The notes under the pieces were generated by a model, which made no database searches, was not told the DNA's origin, and saw only the letters and a list, made by a program, of their open reading frames with translations. Below, one piece after another: positions 39,669 to 48,988 of a DNA stretch of 64,000 nt. Numbering within the stretch: the first letter of the stretch is position 1; each line of letters starts with the position of its first letter. A program made the translations under genes and the position numbers. Source of the DNA: an uncultured Rhodospirillaceae bacterium. Its GTDB lineage: Bacteria > Pseudomonadota > Alphaproteobacteria > Micavibrionales > UBA2020. Where the stretch lies: positions 8,579 through 72,578 of the forward strand of contig CAYZCE010000003.1 in assembly GCA_964476835.1 (NCBI GenBank), written 5' to 3'.

Positions 39669-42068
39669 GTGACATTATCGATTGATTCAGCCGTCTTGGG
39701 CCTCCGGGTCGCGCAACAGGCGCTCGATACGGTGTCGAAGAACATCTCGAACGCCTCGACCGCCGGCTATACCCGGAAAATTCTGCAGCAGGAGAACCTG
39801 ATCATTGCCGGACAGGGCGTGGGCGCGCGCGCACTGCCCGAAACCCGCAACGTCAACGCCGCCCTGATCGCCGACCTGAACAAGCAGACCAGCGTTTCCG
39901 CCGGTTATGACGTGCAGGTCAAATACCTGCAGCGCATCCAGGATTTCCACGGCGCGTCGGATTCGACGCAGTCGCTGTCGGCGCAGGTGACGGCGCTGGC
40001 TTCGGCCTTCACCGACCTCTCGTCGTCGCCGAGCGATCCCGGCCTCATGGCCTCGACGGTCAGCGCGGCACAGCAGCTGGCGGGCGGCATCAACAATTTC
40101 TCGACTCTCCTGAGCCAGATGCGCGGCGACACGGAGTCCGACATCTCCACCGCCGTCAATACCGTCAACCAGGCGCTCACCACCATCGCGACGCTGAACC
40201 AGAGCATCACGCACCTGGCTGCGACCGGCCAGAGCACTGCCGACCTCGAGGACCAGCGCGACACCGCCGTCAACACCGTTGCGCAGTATCTCAACACCTC
40301 CACCTACAAGAACGGCGACACGCTGATCGTCATCACCAAGCAGGGACAGGTGCTGGCAGATACCGCGGCGCACAAGCTTTACTTCAACCAAAGCACGATG
40401 CAGCCGGACAGCTATTATCCGGGCGGCGGCCTCGACGGCCTGCACATCGGCAGCGAGACGGGCACCGACATCGCGCAGACCGACATGGGCGGGCAGCTGG
40501 GCGCCTTGTTCAACTTGCGCGACAGTGCGCTGCCGCAATACCAGGCGCAGCTCGACGAATTCTCGCAGCAGCTGGCGGAGCGTTTCAGCAACGAAGGCCT
40601 CAAGCTTTTCGTCGGCGCCAACAACCAGGTGCCGCCGGACGACCCCACCGCTTCATCGCCGACCGGCTATAACGGTTTCTCCGGCCAGATCAGGGTCAAC
40701 CCCGCCATCGTCTCCGACCCTAACCTGCTGCGCAACGGCACCAACGGCGGCACCGAACTTTCCGGCTCCAACGAAGTCATCCGCCGCGTCGCGCAGTTCG
40801 CCTTCGGCGCGTACAAGGCGCAGCAGGCGCTGGGCACGCGCAACATCAACTTCCCGACGGCGGCGACCGTGCCCGTCAACAGCACGGTGCCGCTCACGCA
40901 AGGCGTTGCCGGCACCGTCGACCTGTCGGCCTATACGGCCGGCGCGCCCGGAACTTTCACCATCGCGCTGGGCGCAGGTGCACCGCAAACCGTTACGGTG
41001 CAGGCAGGCGATAGCGCCACCGACATCGCGGCCAAGATCAACGCGGCCTGCGGTTCCACCGTCGCCACCTTCGACGGCACGCACCTGTCGCTCAATTCGG
41101 GCGGCGCCATCACGCTGGCCGACGGCACCTTTGCCTTGTCCGGCCTCGACCTTGCCACCGGCACCACGACGCCGCTGCTGCCCGTCGCGCCGCGCAACAC
41201 GGTTGCGGGCAGCGTCAACCTCTCTTCCTACGCGACGCTCGACCAGGTGCCGACGGCCGGCACCCAGCTGCCCGGCACCTTCACGCTCACGATCGGCGGC
41301 GTGCCGAAGACCATCACGGTGAATGCGGCTGACACGCCGGCCACCCTTGTGTCCAGCATCAACACGGCTTTCGGCTATACGGTCGCCTCCATCAACAGCG
41401 CGGGCGCGCTCAGCCTGAGCTCCACCAGCGACATCGGCGTTGCGGCCGGCAGCATCAACGCGGCGGGCGTTTCCGCGCTGGGCCTGACGGTCGGCACGAA
41501 GGCGCAGCCGGCGGCTAGCTTCCAGGTGCAGGTCGGCACGCGTTCCGCCGTCACGATCACGATTGCCCCGGGCGATACGACCGCGACCTTGCTCAATAAG
41601 CTCAACACCACCGTGCCCGGCCTGGCGGCGACGCTCAACGCGTCGGGACAGCTGCTGCTGCAGCCGACCGAGGGTGGCGACATCTCGATCACTGACGGCA
41701 CGGGTTCGCCGCTGTCGGCGCTGGGCATGTCGGTCTCCAACGTCGCGCAGGACCCGTTCCCGCAGACCGGCCTCGGCCCGTCCGGCACGCTGTCGAGCGG
41801 CCTGCTGGCCAACAGCACGCTGCAGGACTTCATCAGCAACATCATCTCGACGCAGGGCGAGCAGTACAATGTCGCCGATAACGGCCAGGCGCAGGAAAGC
41901 TCGTTCCTGCAGACGCTGCAGACGCGCAATTCGAACACGTCCGGCGTCAACATCGACCAGGAAATGTCCGACCTGATCCGCATCCAGTCCGCCTACAGCG
42001 CGGCGGCGAAAATGATTTCAGCGGCGCAGCAGATCTTCGACGAACTGCTGAACGCCATCAACCGTTGA
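39669..42068 (+). CDS. flgK: flagellar hook-associated protein 1 FlgK
   Basis: N-terminal rod/hook motif (GLRVAQQALDTVSKNISNASTAGYTRK) and C-terminal GVNIDQEMSDLIRIQSAYSAAAKMI. GTG start after AAGGGAGG. The central part has three flagellin-IN-like repeats. Confidence 0.9.
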   Translation: MTLSIDSAVLGLRVAQQALDTVSKNISNASTAGYTRKILQQENLIIAGQGVGARALPETRNVNAALIADLNKQTSVSAGYDVQVKYLQRIQDFHGASDSTQSLSAQVTALASAFTDLSSSPSDPGLMASTVSAAQQLAGGINNFSTLLSQMRGDTESDISTAVNTVNQALTTIATLNQSITHLAATGQSTADLEDQRDTAVNTVAQYLNTSTYKNGDTLIVITKQGQVLADTAAHKLYFNQSTMQPDSYYPGGGLDGLHIGSETGTDIAQTDMGGQLGALFNLRDSALPQYQAQLDEFSQQLAERFSNEGLKLFVGANNQVPPDDPTASSPTGYNGFSGQIRVNPAIVSDPNLLRNGTNGGTELSGSNEVIRRVAQFAFGAYKAQQALGTRNINFPTAATVPVNSTVPLTQGVAGTVDLSAYTAGAPGTFTIALGAGAPQTVTVQAGDSATDIAAKINAACGSTVATFDGTHLSLNSGGAITLADGTFALSGLDLATGTTTPLLPVAPRNTVAGSVNLSSYATLDQVPTAGTQLPGTFTLTIGGVPKTITVNAADTPATLVSSINTAFGYTVASINSAGALSLSSTSDIGVAAGSINAAGVSALGLTVGTKAQPAASFQVQVGTRSAVTITIAPGDTTATLLNKLNTTVPGLAATLNASGQLLLQPTEGGDISITDGTGSPLSALGMSVSNVAQDPFPQTGLGPSGTLSSGLLANSTLQDFISNIISTQGEQYNVADNGQAQESSFLQTLQTRNSNTSGVNIDQEMSDLIRIQSAYSAAAKMISAAQQIFDELLNAINR

Positions 42069-42083
42069 TAGGAGGAATACCTC

Positions 42084-43097
42084 ATGACGATCAATAACAA
42101 CGTCTCTTTCCTGGCGCAGAGCACCGTGCAGTCGGCCCGATTGTCCGACCTGCGCGCCACCTTCGACGAGCTGCAGCGGCAGGTCACGACGCAGAAGAAA
42201 TCGGAAAACTACGCCGGCCTTGGCACGGACGCCACCAACGTGCAGCGCCTGCACAACATGAAGTCGCTGACCGACAGCTACCTCAAGAACATGACCAGCG
42301 TCTCCAACCGCATGAGCCTGATGAGCTCGACGATGACGCAGATCTCCGACCAGGCCAAGTCGCTGGTCAGCACGGTCAACAACATGGGCGGCGCAACCAA
42401 TATCGGCACGATCAACCAAGTCGCCCAGCAGGCGCTCGATTTCATCGCCGACATGACCAACCAGCAGCTCGACGGCCGCTACCTTTTCGCAGGCTCGGAT
42501 TCCGGCACGCCGCCTTATACCAACGTCGCCACCGCCAAGCAGAACATGAGCCAGCAGGTCACGCAGTGGCTCTCGGGCGCCAGCTCGACAACCGCGTTCC
42601 TCTCCAACACGGACGGCATGTCGGCGACCAACCTCGGCCTGTCGTCCGGCCTTGCGACGTCCGGCGCCGTGACGGCGCGCATCTCGCAGAACATGGACGT
42701 CGACTACACGGTCAAGGCGGACGACCCGGCGTTTCAGGACATCATCAACGCCTGCGCCTTCCTCGCCAACCTCAAGCAGCCGGATGCGGCCAACGGCGAC
42801 GTGGCGACGACGACCGATTTCAACACGGCCGTCCAGCACGCGGTCGACCTTTTGAACAAGGGCATGCAGGCGATGGACGGCGCCAACCAATCCTTGAGCA
42901 GCAAGTTCGCGCTCATCGGCACGATCAAGGACCAGACGACCAGCGACAACGCGCTCCTGCAGACGCAGATCGACGGCATCGAGAACATCGACCCCAATAC
43001 CGCGATCATCAACCTGCAGTCGCTGGAAAACCAGCTGACGGCGTCCTATCAGGTCACCAATATCGTCGGAAAGCTGTCGCTGACCAACTTCATGTAA
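42084..43097 (+). CDS. flgL: flagellar hook-associated protein 3 FlgL (flagellin family)
   Basis: Flagellin-type N- and C-terminal helices, immediately downstream of flgK, 337 aa. Confidence 0.85.
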   Translation: MTINNNVSFLAQSTVQSARLSDLRATFDELQRQVTTQKKSENYAGLGTDATNVQRLHNMKSLTDSYLKNMTSVSNRMSLMSSTMTQISDQAKSLVSTVNNMGGATNIGTINQVAQQALDFIADMTNQQLDGRYLFAGSDSGTPPYTNVATAKQNMSQQVTQWLSGASSTTAFLSNTDGMSATNLGLSSGLATSGAVTARISQNMDVDYTVKADDPAFQDIINACAFLANLKQPDAANGDVATTTDFNTAVQHAVDLLNKGMQAMDGANQSLSSKFALIGTIKDQTTSDNALLQTQIDGIENIDPNTAIINLQSLENQLTASYQVTNIVGKLSLTNFM

Positions 43098-43103
43098 GGG
43101 AAA

Positions 43104-44702
43104 TCAGGGCGCGCCCGGCTTGAAGATGCGCGGGCGGTGCTTTTTCGGGCCCGGGGCATTGTTGTTGGCGGGCAGCTGCGGCTTTTTCGCGGGCGCGGTC
43201 ACCATCACGTAATAGCGGTCGTCCCACGTCTTGCCCTGCAGCGTCTTGAGGCCGACGAGCGGCGCCTTGTCCTTGGTCGGCGGGTTCACCGAATGAACGC
43301 CTTGCTTCGTCACGCGCATCACGTCGCCGTTGTTGGCGCCGACGGTCTTCTTGCCCATCTTCTGCATGGCTTTCTCGCAGGCGCTGCGCTGTGCGACGTT
43401 GCCGTGCACGGGCATCACGCATTTCGGGTCGGCGAGCTTCACGAATTCGACGATCTCCGGCAGGCGTGCGTGGGCATGGGAATAGAGGATGTCGTCTTCG
43501 CGCGTCAGCACCTTAAAACCCTTGGCGGCGAGCGTCGAGAGCAGGCGCTGGCGCTGCGCTTCCTGTCCTGGCATGACGGGCGCGCAGATGAGGATGATGT
43601 CGGTGCGTGGGTTGAGCGTGAGCGCGGTCGAGCGGTCTTCCGCCGCGCGCGTCAGCACGGCGTTGGTGTGGCCTTGCGCGCCGGTGACGACGATGACGGA
43701 ATCCTTCGGGCGGCAGGCGGCGAGGTCGCGCGCCGACTTCCCCGGCGTCAGCGTCCTGACCTCAAGGTCGGCGCCGAGCTGTTCGCCCAGCGACATGCCG
43801 TTGGCGGCGAGCGCGTCCAGGGCCTGTTCGTGCGCGGTGCCGGAGACCCACAGGGTGCGTTCGTATTCGGCGGTCACCTGCGCGACGGAAGCGAGGTTCT
43901 CCTCATAACCGCCCATCACGGCGACGACGAAGCGCTTGTTGGGGTTTTCTTCCATCAGCTCGCGCAGGGTCTCGCGCATGTCGTGCTCGGTCAGTGTCGG
44001 GCCGTCCTGCTGCGCGCCGGTGGAATCGAGCAGCAGCAGGTCGACCGGCTGCGACACCACGCGCTTGAACTGGTTCTCGTCGAAGGCGGGGCCCCAGATG
44101 ACGGAAGGGTCCAGCTTGAAGTCGCCGGGGTTGAGGATGGTGCCTGCGGGCGTCTCGATGAAGAAGCCGACCGATTGCGGCGTCGAGTGGCTGACCCAGA
44201 ACGAAGTGACGGAAACGGGGCCTTCGACGACCGGCTTGCCCGGCGCGACCATGAAGATCTCCGGCCATTCCTGCGGGTCGAGGCCGGCGTTGCTGAGTTC
44301 TTGCTCCAGCCGCTTCGCGGTATAGGGTGTCGTGTAGATTTTCGGCAGCTTGTAGCCCATCAGCAGCAAGAGCGGGAGCGCGGCCATGTGGTCGGGGTGG
44401 TTGTGCGTGAGGAAGATGGAATCGATCGGCGTTTCCGGCACGTGGCTCGGGTCTTCCTTATTATAAAGGAAGCGCGCGTAATCGGGCAGCACGGTGTCGC
44501 AATCGTCGAGCGCCGGGTCTTCGAGCCAGTGGCCGCTGGCGAGCAGCACGCCTGCGTCGAACAGCAGTGTCTTACGGCAGGCCTTGCCATCGGCGTCGAT
44601 ATAATCGTAAGTGCACAGCCCGCTGTTGCCGCCGATCTGGTGCTTGTTGTTGCCGCCGAGCACATGCCAGAGCAAGGTGCCTTTGTCCTTATGATGCGTC
44701 AT
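43104..44702 (-). CDS. rnj: RNase J-family metallo-beta-lactamase fold ribonuclease
   Basis: MBL motif THNHPDHMAA (HxHxDH) and a beta-CASP-like length and organisation (532 aa). ATG 44702 overlaps the upstream stop (ATGA). Confidence 0.75.
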   Translation of the reverse strand: MTHHKDKGTLLWHVLGGNNKHQIGGNSGLCTYDYIDADGKACRKTLLFDAGVLLASGHWLEDPALDDCDTVLPDYARFLYNKEDPSHVPETPIDSIFLTHNHPDHMAALPLLLLMGYKLPKIYTTPYTAKRLEQELSNAGLDPQEWPEIFMVAPGKPVVEGPVSVTSFWVSHSTPQSVGFFIETPAGTILNPGDFKLDPSVIWGPAFDENQFKRVVSQPVDLLLLDSTGAQQDGPTLTEHDMRETLRELMEENPNKRFVVAVMGGYEENLASVAQVTAEYERTLWVSGTAHEQALDALAANGMSLGEQLGADLEVRTLTPGKSARDLAACRPKDSVIVVTGAQGHTNAVLTRAAEDRSTALTLNPRTDIILICAPVMPGQEAQRQRLLSTLAAKGFKVLTREDDILYSHAHARLPEIVEFVKLADPKCVMPVHGNVAQRSACEKAMQKMGKKTVGANNGDVMRVTKQGVHSVNPPTKDKAPLVGLKTLQGKTWDDRYYVMVTAPAKKPQLPANNNAPGPKKHRPRIFKPGAP

Positions 44703-44920
44703 GCAGCGTTCGCCCCGTCCTCGTTGGCCAGGCGCATCCATGTCCAGAGGATATGGTCGAGGTAGGCGGGTTTGGGCGGGGTGGGCGCATCGGCGAAGCC
44801 GGGCAGCGCGCAAATCATCCGGAGAAGGTCGTCATGCGTCCGCGACAGGCGCACCGCATCGGGGTGCTCTTGAAGAAGCGCGGTCGCGATTTCGGTCGCG
44901 TGTGACCAGGAAAGCGGCAT
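44699..44920 (-). CDS. IscX (YfhJ)-like small acidic protein
   Basis: The 73-aa translation MPLSWSHATEIATALLQEHPDAVRLSRTHDDLLRMICALPGFADAP parallels the IscX pattern (..W.D..EI...L....PD.....RF.DL...I..L..F.DDP). Confidence 0.55.
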   Translation of the reverse strand: MPLSWSHATEIATALLQEHPDAVRLSRTHDDLLRMICALPGFADAPTPPKPAYLDHILWTWMRLANEDGANAA

Positions 44921-45000
44921 CGGGGTCTTTTCAATGATGTGTCAGACAGGCCGCTATCCTAACAGGACTTATGATTCCAAATTCGGGTCATTTCACGAAA

Positions 45001-45052
45001 TAAAAAAATAATAATGAAATACAGGGGGTTACAAAATGTACCCACATTTCAT
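45001..45052 (-). terminator. probable rho-independent terminator ending the long dot operon
   Basis: Directly after the paralog-1 stop, the minus strand has ATGAAAT...ATTTCAT outer arms plus an inner GGGTAC/GTAACCC stem, followed by a U-rich run (TATTATTTTTTTA). Confidence 0.5.
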
Positions 45053-45059
45053 AATCTGA

Positions 45060-46322
45060 TTACTGGATGGTGCCTGCGGAAACGGCCGTCGGCGGCTTCT
45101 GGCGGTCGAGGTCATGGCCGTACATGGCTGCTTCCATGAAGAGCATTTCTTCCTGCCGGCGATAGAGGTCGTTCATCAGCTGCAGGCGCAACGCGTTGAT
45201 CGACCCTTGCTCGCGGATGACTTCCTCGGGGCTGTTGATGAGGCGCGCAAGGTAGTCGGGGTCGCTAAAGCGTTCCTTGGTGATGGCCTGGCGCAGCTCG
45301 CTGTAGCTCGGGTTGTCGGAGGCTGCGCTGGCGGGCAGGCCGGCGCCGGTGCGCATGGACTTGAACACGCTGCTCAGGCTGGTGTCGGCGGGGACCGAGA
45401 TGCGCTCCGCCATCATCTGCGCGACGACGTTGTATACCGCGTTGCGGCGCGCGATGTCGGCGCGGCGGTCGAGTATCGACTGGTGGCCGGTCGCGGTATC
45501 GACGGCGGTGGGCGGGATCGGGTTGTCGGCGGCGGGAGATGCGAATGTGCGCAGGGCGCCCGAGACCATCGTGACGTTCTCGGGACTGGAGAGGTCGATC
45601 GTCTGCACCTGCCCCCACAGCAGGTTGGACATGTCCTTGTTTGCGCCGGGGCGGGCGCCGGGCGTGGTGCCGCAACCCTGATCGCCGTTGGCGGGGTCGC
45701 AGAAGGTGCTGACGTATTCGTCCCACTGCGACTTCATCTCGGCGGCGCGGCCGGTGGCGGCGGGCGTGCCCTTGGCGTTGCTCATCGTCTTGGCCGCGTC
45801 CTTCGTCATGCCGCGGTTGAGCGCGCGGGAGACCTGGTAGGCCTTGGTCTGCTGCGGCGCGGTGGTGTCGGCCTGGCAGGTGGCGACGCCGGCGGGCAGG
45901 TAGCGGTGATAGGCTTCCTGGTTGCGCTTGCGTTTTTTCTGGTTGGTGTCGTTTTGCTGCATCGCGTCGGTCATCGAGCCGATCTGGCGCGTCTGGTCGA
46001 CCTGCGCGACGGAGAGCTGGCGCGTCATCGTCTTCATCGAGGGGAACAGGCGGTTGTCCCACCAGTCCTGCAACCACGAGCGGATGTTGGAATCGAATTC
46101 GTCGAGGCGCGCCTTCATTTCATAGGTCGCGGTGTTGGTCAGGTCCTGCTTGGCGAAGTTCTCGACCTCGCTGATGTAGTCGTTGAGCGAATCCTCGTTG
46201 TCCTGCGCGGCGTTCTGGATGGCGTTGCTGGCGCTGCCGACGTTTTCGCACTGCGCGAAGGCAGGCGATGCCGCCGCCGTCAGCGTTGCGAGGAGGAAGA
46301 GGAGGGCAACTTGTTTTTTCAT
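45060..46322 (-). CDS. secreted Cys-containing protein, tandem paralog 1 of 4 (unassigned family; possibly IcmX/TraW-like)
   Basis: Signal peptide ...AASPAFA|QC. Shared family motifs WLQDWWDN, ATCQ, FCDPANGDQGCGTTPG, TIDLS, PIPPTAV and NPSYSEL. RBS GGGGGA lies within the upstream stop region. Confidence 0.8.
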   Translation of the reverse strand: MKKQVALLFLLATLTAAASPAFAQCENVGSASNAIQNAAQDNEDSLNDYISEVENFAKQDLTNTATYEMKARLDEFDSNIRSWLQDWWDNRLFPSMKTMTRQLSVAQVDQTRQIGSMTDAMQQNDTNQKKRKRNQEAYHRYLPAGVATCQADTTAPQQTKAYQVSRALNRGMTKDAAKTMSNAKGTPAATGRAAEMKSQWDEYVSTFCDPANGDQGCGTTPGARPGANKDMSNLLWGQVQTIDLSSPENVTMVSGALRTFASPAADNPIPPTAVDTATGHQSILDRRADIARRNAVYNVVAQMMAERISVPADTSLSSVFKSMRTGAGLPASAASDNPSYSELRQAITKERFSDPDYLARLINSPEEVIREQGSINALRLQLMNDLYRRQEEMLFMEAAMYGHDLDRQKPPTAVSAGTIQ

Positions 46323-46332
46323 GCCATCCCCC

Positions 46333-47643
46333 TTATTGCACCGGCGCGGTGTTGAGGCTGCCGCCGCGGCCGGCGCCGAGCTTTTCCAGCATGTTCGAGG
46401 TCTCGATCGCGTAAGCCGTCGAGATCTTTTCCTGCTTGGCGATCATGTCGTAGAGCATCACCAGCGCGTAGGCCTTGAGGTAGAGTTCCTTCTGCGTCAT
46501 CGTCGCGGGGCGGTCGCCCAGCTCGACATAGTAGCCGGGATCCCACAACTGCTCGACGATGGCGGCGCGGATTTCGCGGTGGCTCGGCGTATGCGAGGCG
46601 AATTGCGCGGTATGCGGTGCCAGCACCTTGTCGCGCATGTCGTAGATGTCGTCGTTCTTCTCGCCGGGCGCGCGCTCGGCGACCACGCCGGCGGCCAGCG
46701 CACTGACCGAGTCCATCTGGGCCGCGTATTCGCGGTTCTTCTGGCGCTGCTGCAGGCCGGCATTGGAATTGACGGCCGAGGGCGGGATGATCGCCGGCGC
46801 CTCGTATCCCGTGATGTTGAACAGCAGCTGGTTGACCGCCGTGTTGGTGTCGGCGTTGGTCATGTCGATGGTGTCGTGGCCGAAGACTGTCTTGCTCGGC
46901 TGCACGTCGGCGCCGACCATCGTGCCGGGCGTGGTGCAGCCGGCATGGCCGGCGTTCTGCGTCGGGTCGCAGAACTTGGACTTGTAAATGTCGATGCGCG
47001 CCTTTTGCAGCGTCTGCGGGCCGCCGCCGGCCGGCGAGTTCTTCGAGGCCTGGCCGATCTTGTTGAAGTCGAGCGCATAGCCCGTCGTCAGGGCACGGCT
47101 GACGTAAGCGCTGTTGCCGAGCGATTTCGCGACGGTGTCGAACTGGCAGGTCTGGTTGCTCGGCTGGTAGGTCTTGACGGCCTCGTATTCCTGCTGCAAA
47201 CGCTGGCGCGTCGCGGCCTGCGCGTTGTCGCCGTCCATGTCGCTTTCGCGCTGGCGGCTCTGGTCGATGACGCTGCTGTGCAGCTGCTGGATCATCGTCT
47301 GCAGCGCGGGCAGGGCGTCCTTATCGGTGCTGCCGTCGGAATTCTGCTTGTTGCCGAGGTTGTTCCACCACCAGTCGAGCTTGCCGATGATGTTCTGGTC
47401 GCTCTTGTCGAGTAGGTCGAGCAAGGTCTTGGTGGTCGTGCCCGTGCTGCCGTCGGCGAAGGAGGTGATCAGCTCTTTCAGCGTCTGCGTCATGGCTTCC
47501 ACGGTCGCTTTTTCCGTCGCCTGGCAGGCGGAAGCGACGCCGCTCGCGCCGATGTCGCACTGCGCGCGCGCGGGCGACGGGACGAGCAACAAGGACAAGG
47601 CGAAGGCCGCGGCGGCGGAGAGGAGAATGTTTTTCTTCATCAT
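46333..47643 (-). CDS. secreted Cys-containing protein, tandem paralog 2 of 4
   Basis: Signal peptide ...PSPARA|QC. Motifs LDWWWNN, QTCQ, FCDPTQNAGHAGCTTPG, TIDMT and IIPPSAV. Perfect AAGGAGGA RBS. Confidence 0.8.
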   Translation of the reverse strand: MMKKNILLSAAAAFALSLLLVPSPARAQCDIGASGVASACQATEKATVEAMTQTLKELITSFADGSTGTTTKTLLDLLDKSDQNIIGKLDWWWNNLGNKQNSDGSTDKDALPALQTMIQQLHSSVIDQSRQRESDMDGDNAQAATRQRLQQEYEAVKTYQPSNQTCQFDTVAKSLGNSAYVSRALTTGYALDFNKIGQASKNSPAGGGPQTLQKARIDIYKSKFCDPTQNAGHAGCTTPGTMVGADVQPSKTVFGHDTIDMTNADTNTAVNQLLFNITGYEAPAIIPPSAVNSNAGLQQRQKNREYAAQMDSVSALAAGVVAERAPGEKNDDIYDMRDKVLAPHTAQFASHTPSHREIRAAIVEQLWDPGYYVELGDRPATMTQKELYLKAYALVMLYDMIAKQEKISTAYAIETSNMLEKLGAGRGGSLNTAPVQ

Positions 47644-47653
47644 GCCATCCTCC

Positions 47654-48988
47654 TTACTGCACCGGCGCGCGGCTGGCCGCGTTGATTGTGCGGGATTCTT
47701 CCTGGTCGGCCATCATCGAGACTTGCACCGAGAGCACCAGCGCGGTGCGTTCCAGCAGCTCGTAATAATCGCGCAGCTGCATGAGGTAATAGGCATTGAG
47801 CGTCAGCTTTTCCATCTCCGCGCCCGCGGCGTCGCCGATCTGGCCGTCGGCGTATTTGCCGGTGTTGAAGCGGTCGATCGTCTCGGCGTGCATGATTTCT
47901 TTATAAGACGGGTTGTCGGAGAGGTCGGTCGTCGGCGCGCCGGATTCCGCGCGCAGCGCCTTGACCCATTCGCCCATGTTGCTGCCCGGCATGCGCCAGC
48001 TGGTGATGAGGCCCATGACGGAGCGCGCCGCCGCGTAGCGCGCGAGGTAGGAGCGGCGGTCGAGCATGTTTTGCTGGCCGCCCGCGCTCTTGAGCGCGCC
48101 TTTCGACATCGGGTCGGCCGAGGGCACGCCGGAGAGGTTGTTGTTGATCGTCTCGACCGTGGTTTCCATCTTGGGGTCGGTGACGTCGATGGTCAGCTGC
48201 TCGGTGATGAACTTCGTCGGCTGGGTGTCGGCGTTGACGTATTTGGGGTCGGCGCCGGAAGGGCAGGCGTTTTGGCCGCCGTTGCCGTCGGGGTCGCAGA
48301 AAATCTGCTTGTAGTCGTCGTAGCGTTTGCGCTCGGCGTCGAGCGCGCCGGTCGCGCCCGGCGTGCCTTTGGTATTAAGGCCGGTCTTGAGCCCGCTGAC
48401 TTCCCACGCGCCGCGCATGGTGCGCGAGAACGCGGCTGCGCGGCCCTGCCCGCCCGCCACCGTGGCGTCGCCGCAGACGTTGGGCGGGATGACGGTCTGG
48501 CGCTTCGCCTCGATGTCGCTGGCGGCCATCGTGCTCTCGGCCTTGACGACGGTTTCGGCGTCGGCGGCGGATTGCAGCACGCGCGACTGGTCGGCCGTCG
48601 CGGCGGTCATCTGGTCGGTGGCGCTTTGCAGGGCGGGGTTGAAGTTCTTGGCCCACATGTTCTTCCACCAGCTGATGATGTCGAGCTCGGTCTGGTTGAG
48701 GCGCTCGAGAAGCTTCTTCATCATCTCGTCGTCCTTGTCGCTCATGTGCTTGACGACGTCCTTGGCGGATTGCTTCAGGTTGTCCTTCAGCTTCTTGAGG
48801 TCCTGCTCGACCGTGTTGGCGGTGCCGGGGCTGTCGCAGACCGGGTCGCAGATCCATTCGCTGCCCGAGATGGAGGACGAGGAATTCACGTTGACGCTGT
48901 CGCCGCCGCCCGTCTGCGCCTGCGCGGGCGCGGCGGCCAGCGCGAGCAGGAGGACGGAAGCGAGGATGATGAAACGGGGCTGCGTCAT
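47654..48988 (-). CDS. secreted Cys-containing protein, tandem paralog 3 of 4
   Basis: Signal peptide ...AAAPAQA. Motifs ISWWKNMW, FCDPDGNGGQNACPSG, TIDVTD and NPSYKEI. ATGA overlap with paralog 4. Confidence 0.8.
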   Translation of the reverse strand: MTQPRFIILASVLLLALAAAPAQAQTGGGDSVNVNSSSSISGSEWICDPVCDSPGTANTVEQDLKKLKDNLKQSAKDVVKHMSDKDDEMMKKLLERLNQTELDIISWWKNMWAKNFNPALQSATDQMTAATADQSRVLQSAADAETVVKAESTMAASDIEAKRQTVIPPNVCGDATVAGGQGRAAAFSRTMRGAWEVSGLKTGLNTKGTPGATGALDAERKRYDDYKQIFCDPDGNGGQNACPSGADPKYVNADTQPTKFITEQLTIDVTDPKMETTVETINNNLSGVPSADPMSKGALKSAGGQQNMLDRRSYLARYAAARSVMGLITSWRMPGSNMGEWVKALRAESGAPTTDLSDNPSYKEIMHAETIDRFNTGKYADGQIGDAAGAEMEKLTLNAYYLMQLRDYYELLERTALVLSVQVSMMADQEESRTINAASRAPVQ

